Part shown: positions 48,220 through 57,885 of the stretch, piece after piece
Position numbering within the stretch: the stretch's first letter is position 1
How the letters are laid out: the number at the start of each line of letters is the position of its first letter
Program-made: the position numbers and the translations under genes
The notes under the pieces: model-generated
What the model saw: only the letters and a program-made list of their open reading frames with translations
The model's database searches: none
What the model was told of the DNA's origin: nothing
Source of the DNA: a virus
Direction: 5' to 3' (one strand)
Length of the DNA stretch: 64,000 nt
Virus record (IMG/VR): IMGVR_UViG_3300033048_000096

Positions 48220-48720
48220 CTATAAACCATCACATTCTTCGGCTAATCCCACTAAATCATCAATTGTAATTTTCTCAGACTCAAATGTGCCTTCCCGAAC
48301 TTTATTGATGGAAAACAAAACATTATTTTTTTCATCTTCCGAAAACAAATGAGAGCTCATTACTTTGCCGAATCCGTCTTCGGAGCTTATGTTCTCAATA
48401 TAGTTACTTTTTACCTCATTAACCACTTTAGCTTTTTGCTCCGGGGACAACAAATCTTCCGATAATAACTTTCTAATCGGTTCTATATTTTTGCTGAATC
48501 TTATCTTGTCAAAGTGAATGCTAACTTCATTGCCATTATATCTTGACAGCACATAATTCATCTCATCTCTACTCATATCAGAGTCAGATAATAGCTTTGC
48601 AACTAACTCTTTGTTTATTCCGGAATTTAACTTCTTTTTATGCACCACTGCAGATGCGGAAGCTCTTATGCGCCTAAGCCTCTCACTCTTCTTTGTTTCT
48701 TCTAGCAAAGTGTCTTTCAT
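48220..48720 (-). CDS. Hypothetical protein
   Basis: GAGG RBS; charged helical sequence. Confidence 0.65.
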   Translation of the reverse strand: MKDTLLEETKKSERLRRIRASASAVVHKKKLNSGINKELVAKLLSDSDMSRDEMNYVLSRYNGNEVSIHFDKIRFSKNIEPIRKLLSEDLLSPEQKAKVVNEVKSNYIENISSEDGFGKVMSSHLFSEDEKNNVLFSINKVREGTFESEKITIDDLVGLAEECDGL

Positions 48721-48739
48721 AATAACTACCTCAATTAAT

Positions 48740-49447
48740 TTAAATCAATTCAAGAATCTTGATAAGCCGTTGGGCGGAGCTTCGCAGCCAACCCCTGACT
48801 AGCTCTATAATACCGCTAGGCTTAGAAATTTTCACTACTTCTTTCTTTAATTTTTCTAAAATAATCAAGTCAATATTGTCAAGCATCATTTGAACATAAG
48901 TCTTTCTTCCTAAGGGATGTAAGGGATTCCCTAAAGCGTATCCTTTTAAAGCTACCAATCTATCACCCAACCTATCTCTCTCCCTAATCAACTCTTCAAG
49001 TTCACGTGACTCAAGTCTGGAAATAATTGATTTAAAAATAAATAACCGAAAAGGCTCATCAATAAATTCATTATAGGGTCTGGGTTTTATTCCTAAATTA
49101 TCTGAGAATACAAATTTTGAACTATCTTCATGCTTCGGCTCACGCGGAATAACATCAGTTAATATTTTATGTTTGCCATCAGATCCTTCAATTCTTTTAA
49201 GATTAAACTTTTTATTACTAGCCTGACTATTTGACGCTTTAGATGCTTTAGATGCTTTACTTAACTCTATTAACTCCAAGCGAAGTTTTACATCATTTAC
49301 ATTTACTTTAGTATCTGATGAAAGCCTTAACCTCTCTAATCTTTCGCTAGGGTTGTTAGCGATACCAGCTATCTTTGCTTGAAACTCATTCTCTTCGTTA
49401 GTTAAATTCTCATCATTATCTTCGTTCATAATTACTTCGAAAAACAT
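48740..49447 (-). CDS. Hypothetical protein
   Basis: 235-aa ORF containing a 9-bp triplication (KAS x3). Confidence 0.65.
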   Translation of the reverse strand: MFFEVIMNEDNDENLTNEENEFQAKIAGIANNPSERLERLRLSSDTKVNVNDVKLRLELIELSKASKASKASNSQASNKKFNLKRIEGSDGKHKILTDVIPREPKHEDSSKFVFSDNLGIKPRPYNEFIDEPFRLFIFKSIISRLESRELEELIRERDRLGDRLVALKGYALGNPLHPLGRKTYVQMMLDNIDLIILEKLKKEVVKISKPSGIIELVRGWLRSSAQRLIKILELI

Positions 49448-50383
49448 TTATTGTTTAAGATACCATTCGACAGTCTTTTTCAGCCCTTCATCAAATGGCG
49501 TAACAACTCTGTACCCTAAGACCTCGGCCGCCTTTGTTATGTCAGCTTGCGAACATTTAACATCACCAGCACGAGTGTTAGTGTATATAGCTTCCTTAAC
49601 CCCCATTAGCTCATGAAGCTTATTCACAGTCGTAGTCGTTCCGCAGCCAATATTAAAAGAGTCCCCTTTTAAAACTCCACTATAGTTTGCTGCTAATAAA
49701 TTGGCCGACACAACATTATCAATGTGGCAAAAGTCACGAAATTGGTTACCATCACCATGTATGGTTGGCCTCTCTCCGTTCCTTAAGGCGTTAGCAAACG
49801 AAGATATAACAGATGAATACGGTGAGTCTCCCATTTGGTTAGCCCCAAATACATTGAAATATCTTAAGTTTACTGTCTCTATATCATACAGTTTAGAGAA
49901 CATCTTACAATACTCTTCCCCAACCTTTTTCTGCAAGGCGTATGGCGACTTGGGACTTAATGGAGTTGTCTCGGGAGTTGGTAATACCGCAGAGCCCCCA
50001 TAGATGGATGATGAGGATGAAAATATAAATCTCTTAGTTTTATGCTTGACCGCTAGATCAAGCAAGTTAACCGTTCCATGTATATTTGTTTCGTCAGAAT
50101 CAGTAGGGTTTTCTACGGAGAATGGGATGCCTGACATTGCGGCCAAGTGAAATACAACCTCTGGCTTGAAAATTCTAAACACATCATACATTCCAGATGA
50201 CTGTATATCTCTTTTGTCAAAATAACATTTTGGGTTATTAAAATGATGCCGTATATTATCTCTCCTACCTCGTCTATAGTTATCTATAATAAATACTTCA
50301 TAGCCAGAAGACAAAAGATTTTCAACTAGATGACTCCCTATAAATCCTGCACCACCAGTCACTAACGCTCTTTTGAAACTCAT
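49448..50383 (-). CDS. NAD-dependent nucleotide-sugar epimerase/dehydratase
   Basis: VTGGAGFIGSH, SSSSIYG, YALQK, LRYFNVFG, RDF. Confidence 0.92.
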   Translation of the reverse strand: MSFKRALVTGGAGFIGSHLVENLLSSGYEVFIIDNYRRGRRDNIRHHFNNPKCYFDKRDIQSSGMYDVFRIFKPEVVFHLAAMSGIPFSVENPTDSDETNIHGTVNLLDLAVKHKTKRFIFSSSSSIYGGSAVLPTPETTPLSPKSPYALQKKVGEEYCKMFSKLYDIETVNLRYFNVFGANQMGDSPYSSVISSFANALRNGERPTIHGDGNQFRDFCHIDNVVSANLLAANYSGVLKGDSFNIGCGTTTTVNKLHELMGVKEAIYTNTRAGDVKCSQADITKAAEVLGYRVVTPFDEGLKKTVEWYLKQ

Positions 50384-50415
50384 GTAATACTCCTCGCTTA
50401 ATTAATATTCGCTAG

Positions 50416-50426
50416 TATATTATACC
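50416..50426 (-). promoter_or_regulatory. Promoter -10 element GGTATAATATA
   Basis: Third intergenic copy of the motif, upstream of the epimerase. Confidence 0.5.
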
Positions 50427-50434
50427 GTATGCAT

Positions 50435-51238
50435 TTATTTTGGCGAATTATTATCTCGAATTTTTTTATTTTCTTTTATTGCTGCCTCTAAAATCTCTGA
50501 CGGAGAATTCTTTTCCTTCATATACTTAAGTAGTGCCTCGGTATCTTTTAAAAAGCAATTCCCGCCCCAACCGTACCTTCCATCCGGACCCGGGACTGAC
50601 AAGTGATTGGGAGAAATCCATTTGTTACCTACCATCATCTCCGTTACCAAATTATAATCTATTGACAATTCGCTGCATAATGATGAGAACTCATTCGCGA
50701 TGCCAACTTTTATCGCGTAAAAGTTATTGCAAAATAACTTCATAGTCTCTGACTCGACAGATGAACAAAAAGAATGCCTTGCATCAGGATAAAGCCCCTC
50801 GTATAAGTTTGCCAAAGAATCACGCATTCTTTGCGGAACATTATTAGTGAACCCCATAACTATATGAGATTGATTATTGAAGTCCTCTAAGGCGGTCCTT
50901 TCTGTTAGGAATTCTGGATTATGACATATGAACAATCCTAGCTCTGCCGACAATTTCTTACAAGTCTCAGGCTCGACAGTGCTCTTAACTACGACCAAAC
51001 CTTTATAATCATTTTTTGACAACTTAATACATGTCTCGTTTATTGACGTCAAATCATAACCATGATTTTCTACATATAAGGTTGGTAAACATAAAAATAC
51101 AATATCCGAATATAATATATCCTCAAATTTTCCTATGCTCTTATACTTATCAAAACCTGATATATCTTGACCCTTAGCGTAAAAGCTACTGTAAAGAGCC
51201 CCTCCAACAAAACCCATGCCCACAACACCTACTCTCAT
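50435..51238 (-). CDS. UDP-glucose/GDP-mannose dehydrogenase family (short form lacking the C-terminal domain)
   Basis: GMGFVG, CLPT, KSTV, NPEFL, K...N.F, GGNCFLKD. Confidence 0.88.
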   Translation of the reverse strand: MRVGVVGMGFVGGALYSSFYAKGQDISGFDKYKSIGKFEDILYSDIVFLCLPTLYVENHGYDLTSINETCIKLSKNDYKGLVVVKSTVEPETCKKLSAELGLFICHNPEFLTERTALEDFNNQSHIVMGFTNNVPQRMRDSLANLYEGLYPDARHSFCSSVESETMKLFCNNFYAIKVGIANEFSSLCSELSIDYNLVTEMMVGNKWISPNHLSVPGPDGRYGWGGNCFLKDTEALLKYMKEKNSPSEILEAAIKENKKIRDNNSPK

Positions 51239-51248
51239 TGCAAAACTC

Positions 51249-52187
51249 CTATTTAACTGTGTAGAACCGCTCAAACTCTTTCATTATTGCTTTTACGCAT
51301 TCTTTTTTAATATGCCTATTATCCCCGGCATAAGGGTCCCGATGCAGTTCTTTAACAATCTCGTAAGATGGCCAGTAAAATAACTGCCTATTGTTACTGC
51401 CATTATTCTCTCGGTAAAACTCATCTACTGCGGCTCTCAATATCGACTTCGATACACAATTTGCCGTTATACATGATTCCGGCCTAAATGTGGCTACCAA
51501 TGGTACCGGAGATATCGTGAATATTATCTTTGACTTAGGATTATACTTTTTTATCGTATCATATATGTATTGTATATTGCTCTTGTTTTCCGCAAATGTT
51601 GACACCTTAAATGCGTGTATATTTGGGTCGAATTGTGACTCAGGAATTGCTCTCCAAAAAACACCTCCAGTCTGCTTGTTATACCAGACCTCACTCAACC
51701 CCAATGTTATTATGAATATTTTAGCTATACCAAAAGCTTTTAATGTTTCATTTCTTATCTTCTTATTTCTTGTTATTATATTTTTACTACTGTCATGCCA
51801 CGTCTCTTCCGCGAATACCTTCCCATCATAAACCCACTCAAAAAGTTGCCTGACGGCGAATGTATTATTCACTCCCGCTCTGAAGTCAATAATACCTCTT
51901 CCCTGATCAGAGGCTATCGTATATCCCTTAGCTGACAAGTATCCAGTTATGTGTTCCGCGAAGCAACTTCCGAATGCAATTACAGGCGTTTTTTTAGTTA
52001 GAAAAGGCTTTGCGGGAACCCAGCCCTTTAGAATGTATTTGCTCGCTGCATCCGCATCTTTTAAGTTTACTTTGTTTGGATTAAAATTACAATGCTTTCC
52101 TCTGTACCAACTCTTATCGGCGCTTCCTTTTATGTTATCTTTCTCGTAATAAATCTTTCCGCCTTTACGCTTTATATCATTCGGCAT
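51249..52187 (-). CDS. GSCFA-domain protein (SGNH-like)
   Basis: FGSCFA, ITLGLSEVW, TISPVPL, SKSILR, YWPSYEI, DNRH. Confidence 0.85.
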   Translation of the reverse strand: MPNDIKRKGGKIYYEKDNIKGSADKSWYRGKHCNFNPNKVNLKDADAASKYILKGWVPAKPFLTKKTPVIAFGSCFAEHITGYLSAKGYTIASDQGRGIIDFRAGVNNTFAVRQLFEWVYDGKVFAEETWHDSSKNIITRNKKIRNETLKAFGIAKIFIITLGLSEVWYNKQTGGVFWRAIPESQFDPNIHAFKVSTFAENKSNIQYIYDTIKKYNPKSKIIFTISPVPLVATFRPESCITANCVSKSILRAAVDEFYRENNGSNNRQLFYWPSYEIVKELHRDPYAGDNRHIKKECVKAIMKEFERFYTVK

Positions 52188-52980
52188 CTTTCAATCTCCT
52201 CTTCATCAAACCCCTGAATCTATGTTTAAGCTCTGATTCGGATACCTCATCTTTCTTAAATGCAAACCTATTTCCCCACATCATTAAACTTAATGACTCA
52301 GCTTCGCTAAATTTTTTATTCTTCTTTAATGGTTCAAAATTTTCCAATAGCCACTCAAACATTTCTTTCTTTTTCCAGTCAAAAAATCCTGCATTGGACC
52401 AAAAAAATAAATGTCCACCAGGCTTTAGTGTTCTATAAAATTCTGGAAAAAACTTATCATACTGTCCCCAGCCTGCAATCCTTGATGCTACAATTAAATC
52501 TACTGACTCATCCTTAATGTATCTTAATGGCTCAGGAAACATATATAATTCACTCTTGCCTTCTTCTGTCCTAACTCTCTTAACATCTATATTCAATAGA
52601 TAATCTGCTTCATACATTTCTGAGGCAGCAAACAGAACACCCTCAAGTGAATCAGCCCCTATATAAGTTATATCGCTCGAATGTTTTTTTACCGTATGAG
52701 ATGCGTGGGCCAGAGCGCATCCAAAATCAAGTAACACTCCATCTCTCATGTTTAATTTCTTTAACACATGATCATACTGATAAATTACACCACCCCTAGG
52801 CTCCCCTTTATTTCTATCATATTTTTTAAAATACGTAGGCCACTCAAATTTAAAAGTTTCAAGGTTAAAAGTTTCGCAAGTCTCTTTGGTTACATTAATT
52901 ATGTTATTATGAACATTAGGGCATTTATCGCATAAAATACCACTTAATGGATTATTCTTACACTCCGGGCAAATTATCAT
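52177..52980 (-). CDS. Class I SAM-dependent methyltransferase
   Basis: LLDFGCA, YIGAD, SVDLI, RTLKPGG. Confidence 0.75.
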   Translation of the reverse strand: MIICPECKNNPLSGILCDKCPNVHNNIINVTKETCETFNLETFKFEWPTYFKKYDRNKGEPRGGVIYQYDHVLKKLNMRDGVLLDFGCALAHASHTVKKHSSDITYIGADSLEGVLFAASEMYEADYLLNIDVKRVRTEEGKSELYMFPEPLRYIKDESVDLIVASRIAGWGQYDKFFPEFYRTLKPGGHLFFWSNAGFFDWKKKEMFEWLLENFEPLKKNKKFSEAESLSLMMWGNRFAFKKDEVSESELKHRFRGLMKRRLKDAE

Positions 52981-52984
52981 TCAA

Positions 52985-53749
52985 TCACCTTATACTTCCG
53001 AATATTTCATCTGATAGCTTATTTAGCTTAGGGTTATCTTTGAAAATCTTATTATACTTCTTGTTGTCAGAAAAAGCTTTCCACCTTTCCAGAACCCGCA
53101 TGTCTGTCGCTGCGCCTTTCTTGCTTAGCTTATCAAAGCTGCTCCCTCCGCCATATCTGGGTACCACTAACTTATTTTTATCTGTAAATTCTAGCTCGAA
53201 GTTTTCTGACAGAGAACGTCTGTATTCTTCATTCGAAAACCATTCGTTGTAATTAATCATTATCGTCCCCTCTGGTAGGATCGATGTTTTCCCCATAAAT
53301 TCATTCGCATGCTGCAGCCATAAGTTTACAGCCTTCTTACCTATCCACCTTTCACGATTACTATTTGCATTCCTAGCCATTTTAAGTCTGCTCGCAAATA
53401 AATTATGAGGATCTCTTAGTATTAATACATTTAAAGTTCTTTCGCTAATTCCCCGAGGGTAATTCGTGTGCTGACTTATTTTCTTGTCTATCGTTCTTAG
53501 ATATTCTTCCTCAAAGTTAACAAGCAAACACTCCTTCTTTATGAATTTGCCTAACCTATCAGCCTTAGCGTCACCTTCCGAAATATTTCTATATACAGCC
53601 TGCTTTTTCATATCTCTTAATCTTGAAAAATCATTAATAAAACAAACGGGACCTTCGAAGTGCCCCAGCACCCATTCCATCACAGCATGATGTCCGCTTC
53701 TCTGCATAGCAAAAACTCTTATTTCGTAATCATTAATAATATCAGACAT
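52985..53749 (-). CDS. Sulfotransferase-like protein
   Basis: MQRSGHHAV, LRDPHNLFASR, INYNEW. Confidence 0.65.
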   Translation of the reverse strand: MSDIINDYEIRVFAMQRSGHHAVMEWVLGHFEGPVCFINDFSRLRDMKKQAVYRNISEGDAKADRLGKFIKKECLLVNFEEEYLRTIDKKISQHTNYPRGISERTLNVLILRDPHNLFASRLKMARNANSNRERWIGKKAVNLWLQHANEFMGKTSILPEGTIMINYNEWFSNEEYRRSLSENFELEFTDKNKLVVPRYGGGSSFDKLSKKGAATDMRVLERWKAFSDNKKYNKIFKDNPKLNKLSDEIFGSIR

Positions 53750-54929
53750 CTTCCAAACCTTTATAAATCCTTTCGGCCGCTTTCATCCAGGAATTATTTA
53801 AAATTAACTTTTCCCTACTAGAGTTGTTTTTATAAGTAGTTAGATCTAGCTTTAGCTGATTATATATATTGATGTAATCACTGTCAAATATCGTATAATC
53901 CATGTAGGACCTCAATAAATCCTCTTTTATAAATGACCCATTAAATCTACCAACTGCCACATTTTTATACTCTCCTAATGATTCCTTACCTTTTCCTTGC
54001 GAACCCCATATTATAAATTTATCTTTTCCTCTCGGTATATAAAGCTTGCATCCCGCCATCAAAGCTTCTATTCCTGTCAAGCCGCAACTCTCGACATGGG
54101 TTACTCCAAATACATGAGAGTGACTTAAGCATTCTGCGATCTGAAATATATTACATCCCTCGCCATTCTCAATTCCTCTGTCATTATCATAATCAGATTC
54201 CCACCATCTTAATGCTAAATCGTGAGTCCATGAATCGCTATCAAAGTTGTAAAACTCAAACCCCGCCTTTAGTCTGCATAAGTTTATATTCTTATTTGGG
54301 TATTGCTCCTTAAGCTTTAATATAGCCTTTAGATATAGTCCTGTAACATCCGTTCTAAAATCTTGTATAGCTGCGTGATCGATTACTATATTAAATGACT
54401 CATTATCAACCTTAGACTTGAATAACTTGTGGTCAGCGCACCATCCCATGTATACAGGCTTTATCGCTTTATTGTTAGAGCCACTTTTGATAGCTTGAGC
54501 GTGACGTAATGATGGAATCTTCTTTGCTATAAATAAAAAATCTTCGTTGTATTTCTGAACACCATAATGGTCATGAATTGAACATAGTTTTACATCAGGG
54601 TATCTTTCTCTGATATCATTTATTTTTTCTATCTGAAGCTTGGCGAAACCTCTCTGTATGGTGGTTAAGCAATAATCAATTTCATCACCGCGTTCCTTGA
54701 GATGCTTTATTATCATCGCAAGCTTTGCTCGACGCCTCTTCTTAGTGCCAAACTCTTTCTTCTTAAGCTCCTCAACCCACTCAGGGTTGTCTAAGAGATC
54801 GGATGTTTTGTTAATATCATAATATTTTTTTAAATATTTCGCCAGAAAAAACGAACATACATTTGCGTGCGTATTTACGTTCTTGTGGCTCGATGGTGTC
54901 GGGTATATCAACATCTTTTTCTTATCCAT
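53742..54929 (-). CDS. Glycosyltransferase-like (GT-B)
   Basis: HVESCGLTGIEALMAGC. Confidence 0.6.
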   Translation of the reverse strand: MDKKKMLIYPTPSSHKNVNTHANVCSFFLAKYLKKYYDINKTSDLLDNPEWVEELKKKEFGTKKRRRAKLAMIIKHLKERGDEIDYCLTTIQRGFAKLQIEKINDIRERYPDVKLCSIHDHYGVQKYNEDFLFIAKKIPSLRHAQAIKSGSNNKAIKPVYMGWCADHKLFKSKVDNESFNIVIDHAAIQDFRTDVTGLYLKAILKLKEQYPNKNINLCRLKAGFEFYNFDSDSWTHDLALRWWESDYDNDRGIENGEGCNIFQIAECLSHSHVFGVTHVESCGLTGIEALMAGCKLYIPRGKDKFIIWGSQGKGKESLGEYKNVAVGRFNGSFIKEDLLRSYMDYTIFDSDYINIYNQLKLDLTTYKNNSSREKLILNNSWMKAAERIYKGLEDV

Positions 54930-55480
54930 TATTTTGCTCCTGTAAGGAAATCATACTCAAAATATTCTATATCATCTTTATACTTAATTCTAACTACTTC
55001 TTCTAACTTCTTATCATACAATTCAGAATAATGAATATGCTTCGATTTGTTTTTATGAGGCAATACTTTTTTTATTCCCAACTCTTTGCATATATGAATC
55101 CAATCGTTTTCGTAATTCTCAAATCTACCAACGAAGTCTATATTATATTTTGATCCACTTTTTATCCAAAGAACTTGAGACTGAGTCGGACTTTCGTTGG
55201 GCTCAAAATTTCTGACAAAGGAGTTAAACGATGGCATCTGCACTTTTAATATCTGCTTCCTGCCGTGATAGATCGAAACGAGCCGATCCCAAGGGTTCCG
55301 GCAAAACATGAATTTAAAATAATCACGAGTCTTGTCAGGATATAAACTCTCGTACTCTACTATCGTTCGATGATCAGCGCTGCCAGGAATGGGCGTGACA
55401 TCCCATAATGCACTCTCAATGCTTTTACCGCCGCATTTATTTGGGTGTAAAAATATACATTTCAATTCGTCAGATATCAT
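54929..55480 (-). CDS. Sulfotransferase family 2 (carbohydrate sulfotransferase-like)
   Basis: FLHPNKCGGKSI, RNPWDRLVSIY, FVGRFEN. Confidence 0.85.
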   Translation of the reverse strand: MISDELKCIFLHPNKCGGKSIESALWDVTPIPGSADHRTIVEYESLYPDKTRDYFKFMFCRNPWDRLVSIYHGRKQILKVQMPSFNSFVRNFEPNESPTQSQVLWIKSGSKYNIDFVGRFENYENDWIHICKELGIKKVLPHKNKSKHIHYSELYDKKLEEVVRIKYKDDIEYFEYDFLTGAK

Positions 55481-56169
55481 TTAAAGTATCTCCTTATAGG
55501 GGCCTCAGTAAAATGATTCTTAAGCTCCAAGTAATTACTTATCGAATCCTCAACTAATCTTTTATCTAACTTCGTCTCACCTCTTCCACTCTGAAACTCT
55601 ACAGAAACTGACGGCAAGCCTAAAAAGTCAAATATTCTGCCAGTTTCATTCTGCTTATTATTACATAACTCATTATAAAAGATTTTAATACTATCTGTAC
55701 CAATTAAGGATCTTCTCACCTCTTTATGCTTCGTGGCCCACTCATCTTCAAAATTATTTAAATCGTCAATTGATATATGTATTGGCTCAGTTAAGCTTCT
55801 AGCTTCAGAAGCATTACTTAAATATATTCCGTCCGCTTTCTTTTCGTAACAACCATAACGCTTAGCCATCTTCTTTGATAATAAAATCTCAAGCTTATTT
55901 CTTCTAACCAGATATATAATCTTAAGACCACTTCTAAGTGATATAGTCTCATGAAGACCAGTTTTTATCTTCAAAAGAAATCCGTTAGCAATTATGTTTT
56001 TAGACGAATCAAATTCGAACCCAGAATCATAAGCCCACTCTTCGCCATTTTTATTTATATCATAAGTTTGAGAATCTGAATTGCAATTAACATTTGGATG
56101 CGAATTCAAAAGATTCATTAACATGTGACTTCCACTTCTCTGCTGAGATAAAATTACAAAATTAGTCAT
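55477..56169 (-). CDS. Stf0-like sulfotransferase
   Basis: QQRSGSHML...LNSHP, IIYLVRRN...LS. Confidence 0.75.
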   Translation of the reverse strand: MTNFVILSQQRSGSHMLMNLLNSHPNVNCNSDSQTYDINKNGEEWAYDSGFEFDSSKNIIANGFLLKIKTGLHETISLRSGLKIIYLVRRNKLEILLSKKMAKRYGCYEKKADGIYLSNASEARSLTEPIHISIDDLNNFEDEWATKHKEVRRSLIGTDSIKIFYNELCNNKQNETGRIFDFLGLPSVSVEFQSGRGETKLDKRLVEDSISNYLELKNHFTEAPIRRYFK

Positions 56170-56770
56170 CCTTAGTGCTCGTTATTACATAGAATGATCC
56201 GAATGCTTTCTTCGCTTCAAATCCAAATGATTTTATTTCCTCTATTAACCGATCTCTGTCTTCCATTTCGTCACGCCTTATTCCGAAAGTCCTTGAGTCT
56301 ATTATGACATGCTTAAATTTATGAAATGATCTTATTATATCTTCTTTGTTATCCTTGTTAAATGTGGATACAAAATTGAACGTTAGTAAAATATCTGAAT
56401 CAGGAATATCTTCTGGATACCTACCTTTTATTATTCTTACACTCTCTGACTCTTTATACTTTTTCGAAAACATCTTTTTCAGCATTTTGGCCCCACCAAC
56501 TCGATCATCTCTTATCTCAACTCCGCTGCAAGAATAACCGAAAGCCCCCAAAACCAACGGCAACTGAGCAAACCCAGTCCCAGGCTCGCATATTGTTGTG
56601 CTCTTTTCGAAGTTATTCAAAATATACTCTATTATACCCATCTCGTCTGGTGACATCATTGTTCCGCTAATTACTTTTTTTCTGTAATAATTGTCTTCGC
56701 GATTATCTTGTAATACTTTTCTTATAAATTTCAAACCAAATATATTCACTTCAATTAACTTGTCATTCAT
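56162..56770 (-). CDS. Methyltransferase-like protein
   Basis: ICEPGTGFAQL, GVEI. Confidence 0.5.
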   Translation of the reverse strand: MNDKLIEVNIFGLKFIRKVLQDNREDNYYRKKVISGTMMSPDEMGIIEYILNNFEKSTTICEPGTGFAQLPLVLGAFGYSCSGVEIRDDRVGGAKMLKKMFSKKYKESESVRIIKGRYPEDIPDSDILLTFNFVSTFNKDNKEDIIRSFHKFKHVIIDSRTFGIRRDEMEDRDRLIEEIKSFGFEAKKAFGSFYVITSTKDD

Positions 56771-57885
56771 TCCGAAACCTTCCTGTTGTCAAACTTTTTT
56801 ATAATATTATATGCTTGGCTAGCTGTTATACATTTGAAATCAACCCCGGCTTTGTCAGATAATAACATTAACCTTTCAAATGCAGATATAACATTCGGGT
56901 GCGAAAATGGAAATATAATCTCATCCCGATTTATATATTCTTCTGACATTGAATGAGCATATGTCTTTATGAAAATAGCATCACCGATCTTCGGGGATTT
57001 AAATAAAAGATTTTCAATAAATCTATTCGTTTCGGAAAGTTGCTCATTAACCGCTGGTGAATAAAAATCCAAAGAACTTAATGGGTGAGTTAGATCCGAA
57101 TTCCAAATGAAAAATCTATTCTTAACTAACAGATCAGTATTTACACTGACCGGCTTAGCTTCGGATGTCGTGTAATCATAATTTCTCCATATATGTGGAG
57201 TCTTACAACTAAAGGGTTTCTTTATGAATGGATCGCATTTTTTACGCCCAGCGGGGAACGTGAAGTCACCCTTACAGCCATTTCTACGCAGTATGTCTAG
57301 CTCAGCATCAATCCTGCACACACCCCTGTCAGAAGCGTTAAGGCCCCACTTGCCGTGGACGAAAAACCACTGAGAAAAACTTTTACCCGAATGCTTTCTG
57401 AGAAACTCTAAACATAATTTTACATACAGATCAAATCTTTTCTCATCCATCCTCATTGTGCTGTTGTTAATTAAATATTTCTTGACATCCTTGGCATACT
57501 TACCCTCATCAGTTGTTGTAAAGTTTTCATGATGAATGTGAAGCTCTAAATCTAGCTCGGTCTTCGATAATATTCTTTCTATATATGATCCTACTTTGTG
57601 TAACTCTGGGGTTTTATAAAAGCCTAAATCATCACCCTCTACATGACTAAAACTATCGTGACTCTTGTCACCGTTAAATCCAACACCAAAGTTAGGCCTA
57701 AGAAATAATGTCATATTTCTAGAATGTGGATACTTCTTTGATTGAAATATGAATTGATTTATAACGTCACTACTAACGCAAGCACTACCGTCCATTGACA
57801 TGGGCTCAAAATGATCAACATGAATATAATAAATCTTTCTTATATTATTAGACCTTAAATATTTTGCCATAGTTCTTATATTCAC
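56767..57885 (-). CDS. Uncharacterised His-rich putative metalloenzyme (deacetylase-like barrel?)
   Basis: HVDHFEP, ELHIHHE, FVHGKW, DFTFP, IKTYAH. Confidence 0.45.
   Translation of the reverse strand: MNIRTMAKYLRSNNIRKIYYIHVDHFEPMSMDGSACVSSDVINQFIFQSKKYPHSRNMTLFLRPNFGVGFNGDKSHDSFSHVEGDDLGFYKTPELHKVGSYIERILSKTELDLELHIHHENFTTTDEGKYAKDVKKYLINNSTMRMDEKRFDLYVKLCLEFLRKHSGKSFSQWFFVHGKWGLNASDRGVCRIDAELDILRRNGCKGDFTFPAGRKKCDPFIKKPFSCKTPHIWRNYDYTTSEAKPVSVNTDLLVKNRFFIWNSDLTHPLSSLDFYSPAVNEQLSETNRFIENLLFKSPKIGDAIFIKTYAHSMSEEYINRDEIIFPFSHPNVISAFERLMLLSDKAGVDFKCITASQAYNIIKKFDNRKVSE

Noticed and set aside
49233-49258. KASKASKAS 9-bp triplication as K-x-A processing sites
   Set aside because: Looks like simple slippage in a low-complexity linker, and the protein lacks the leader motif.
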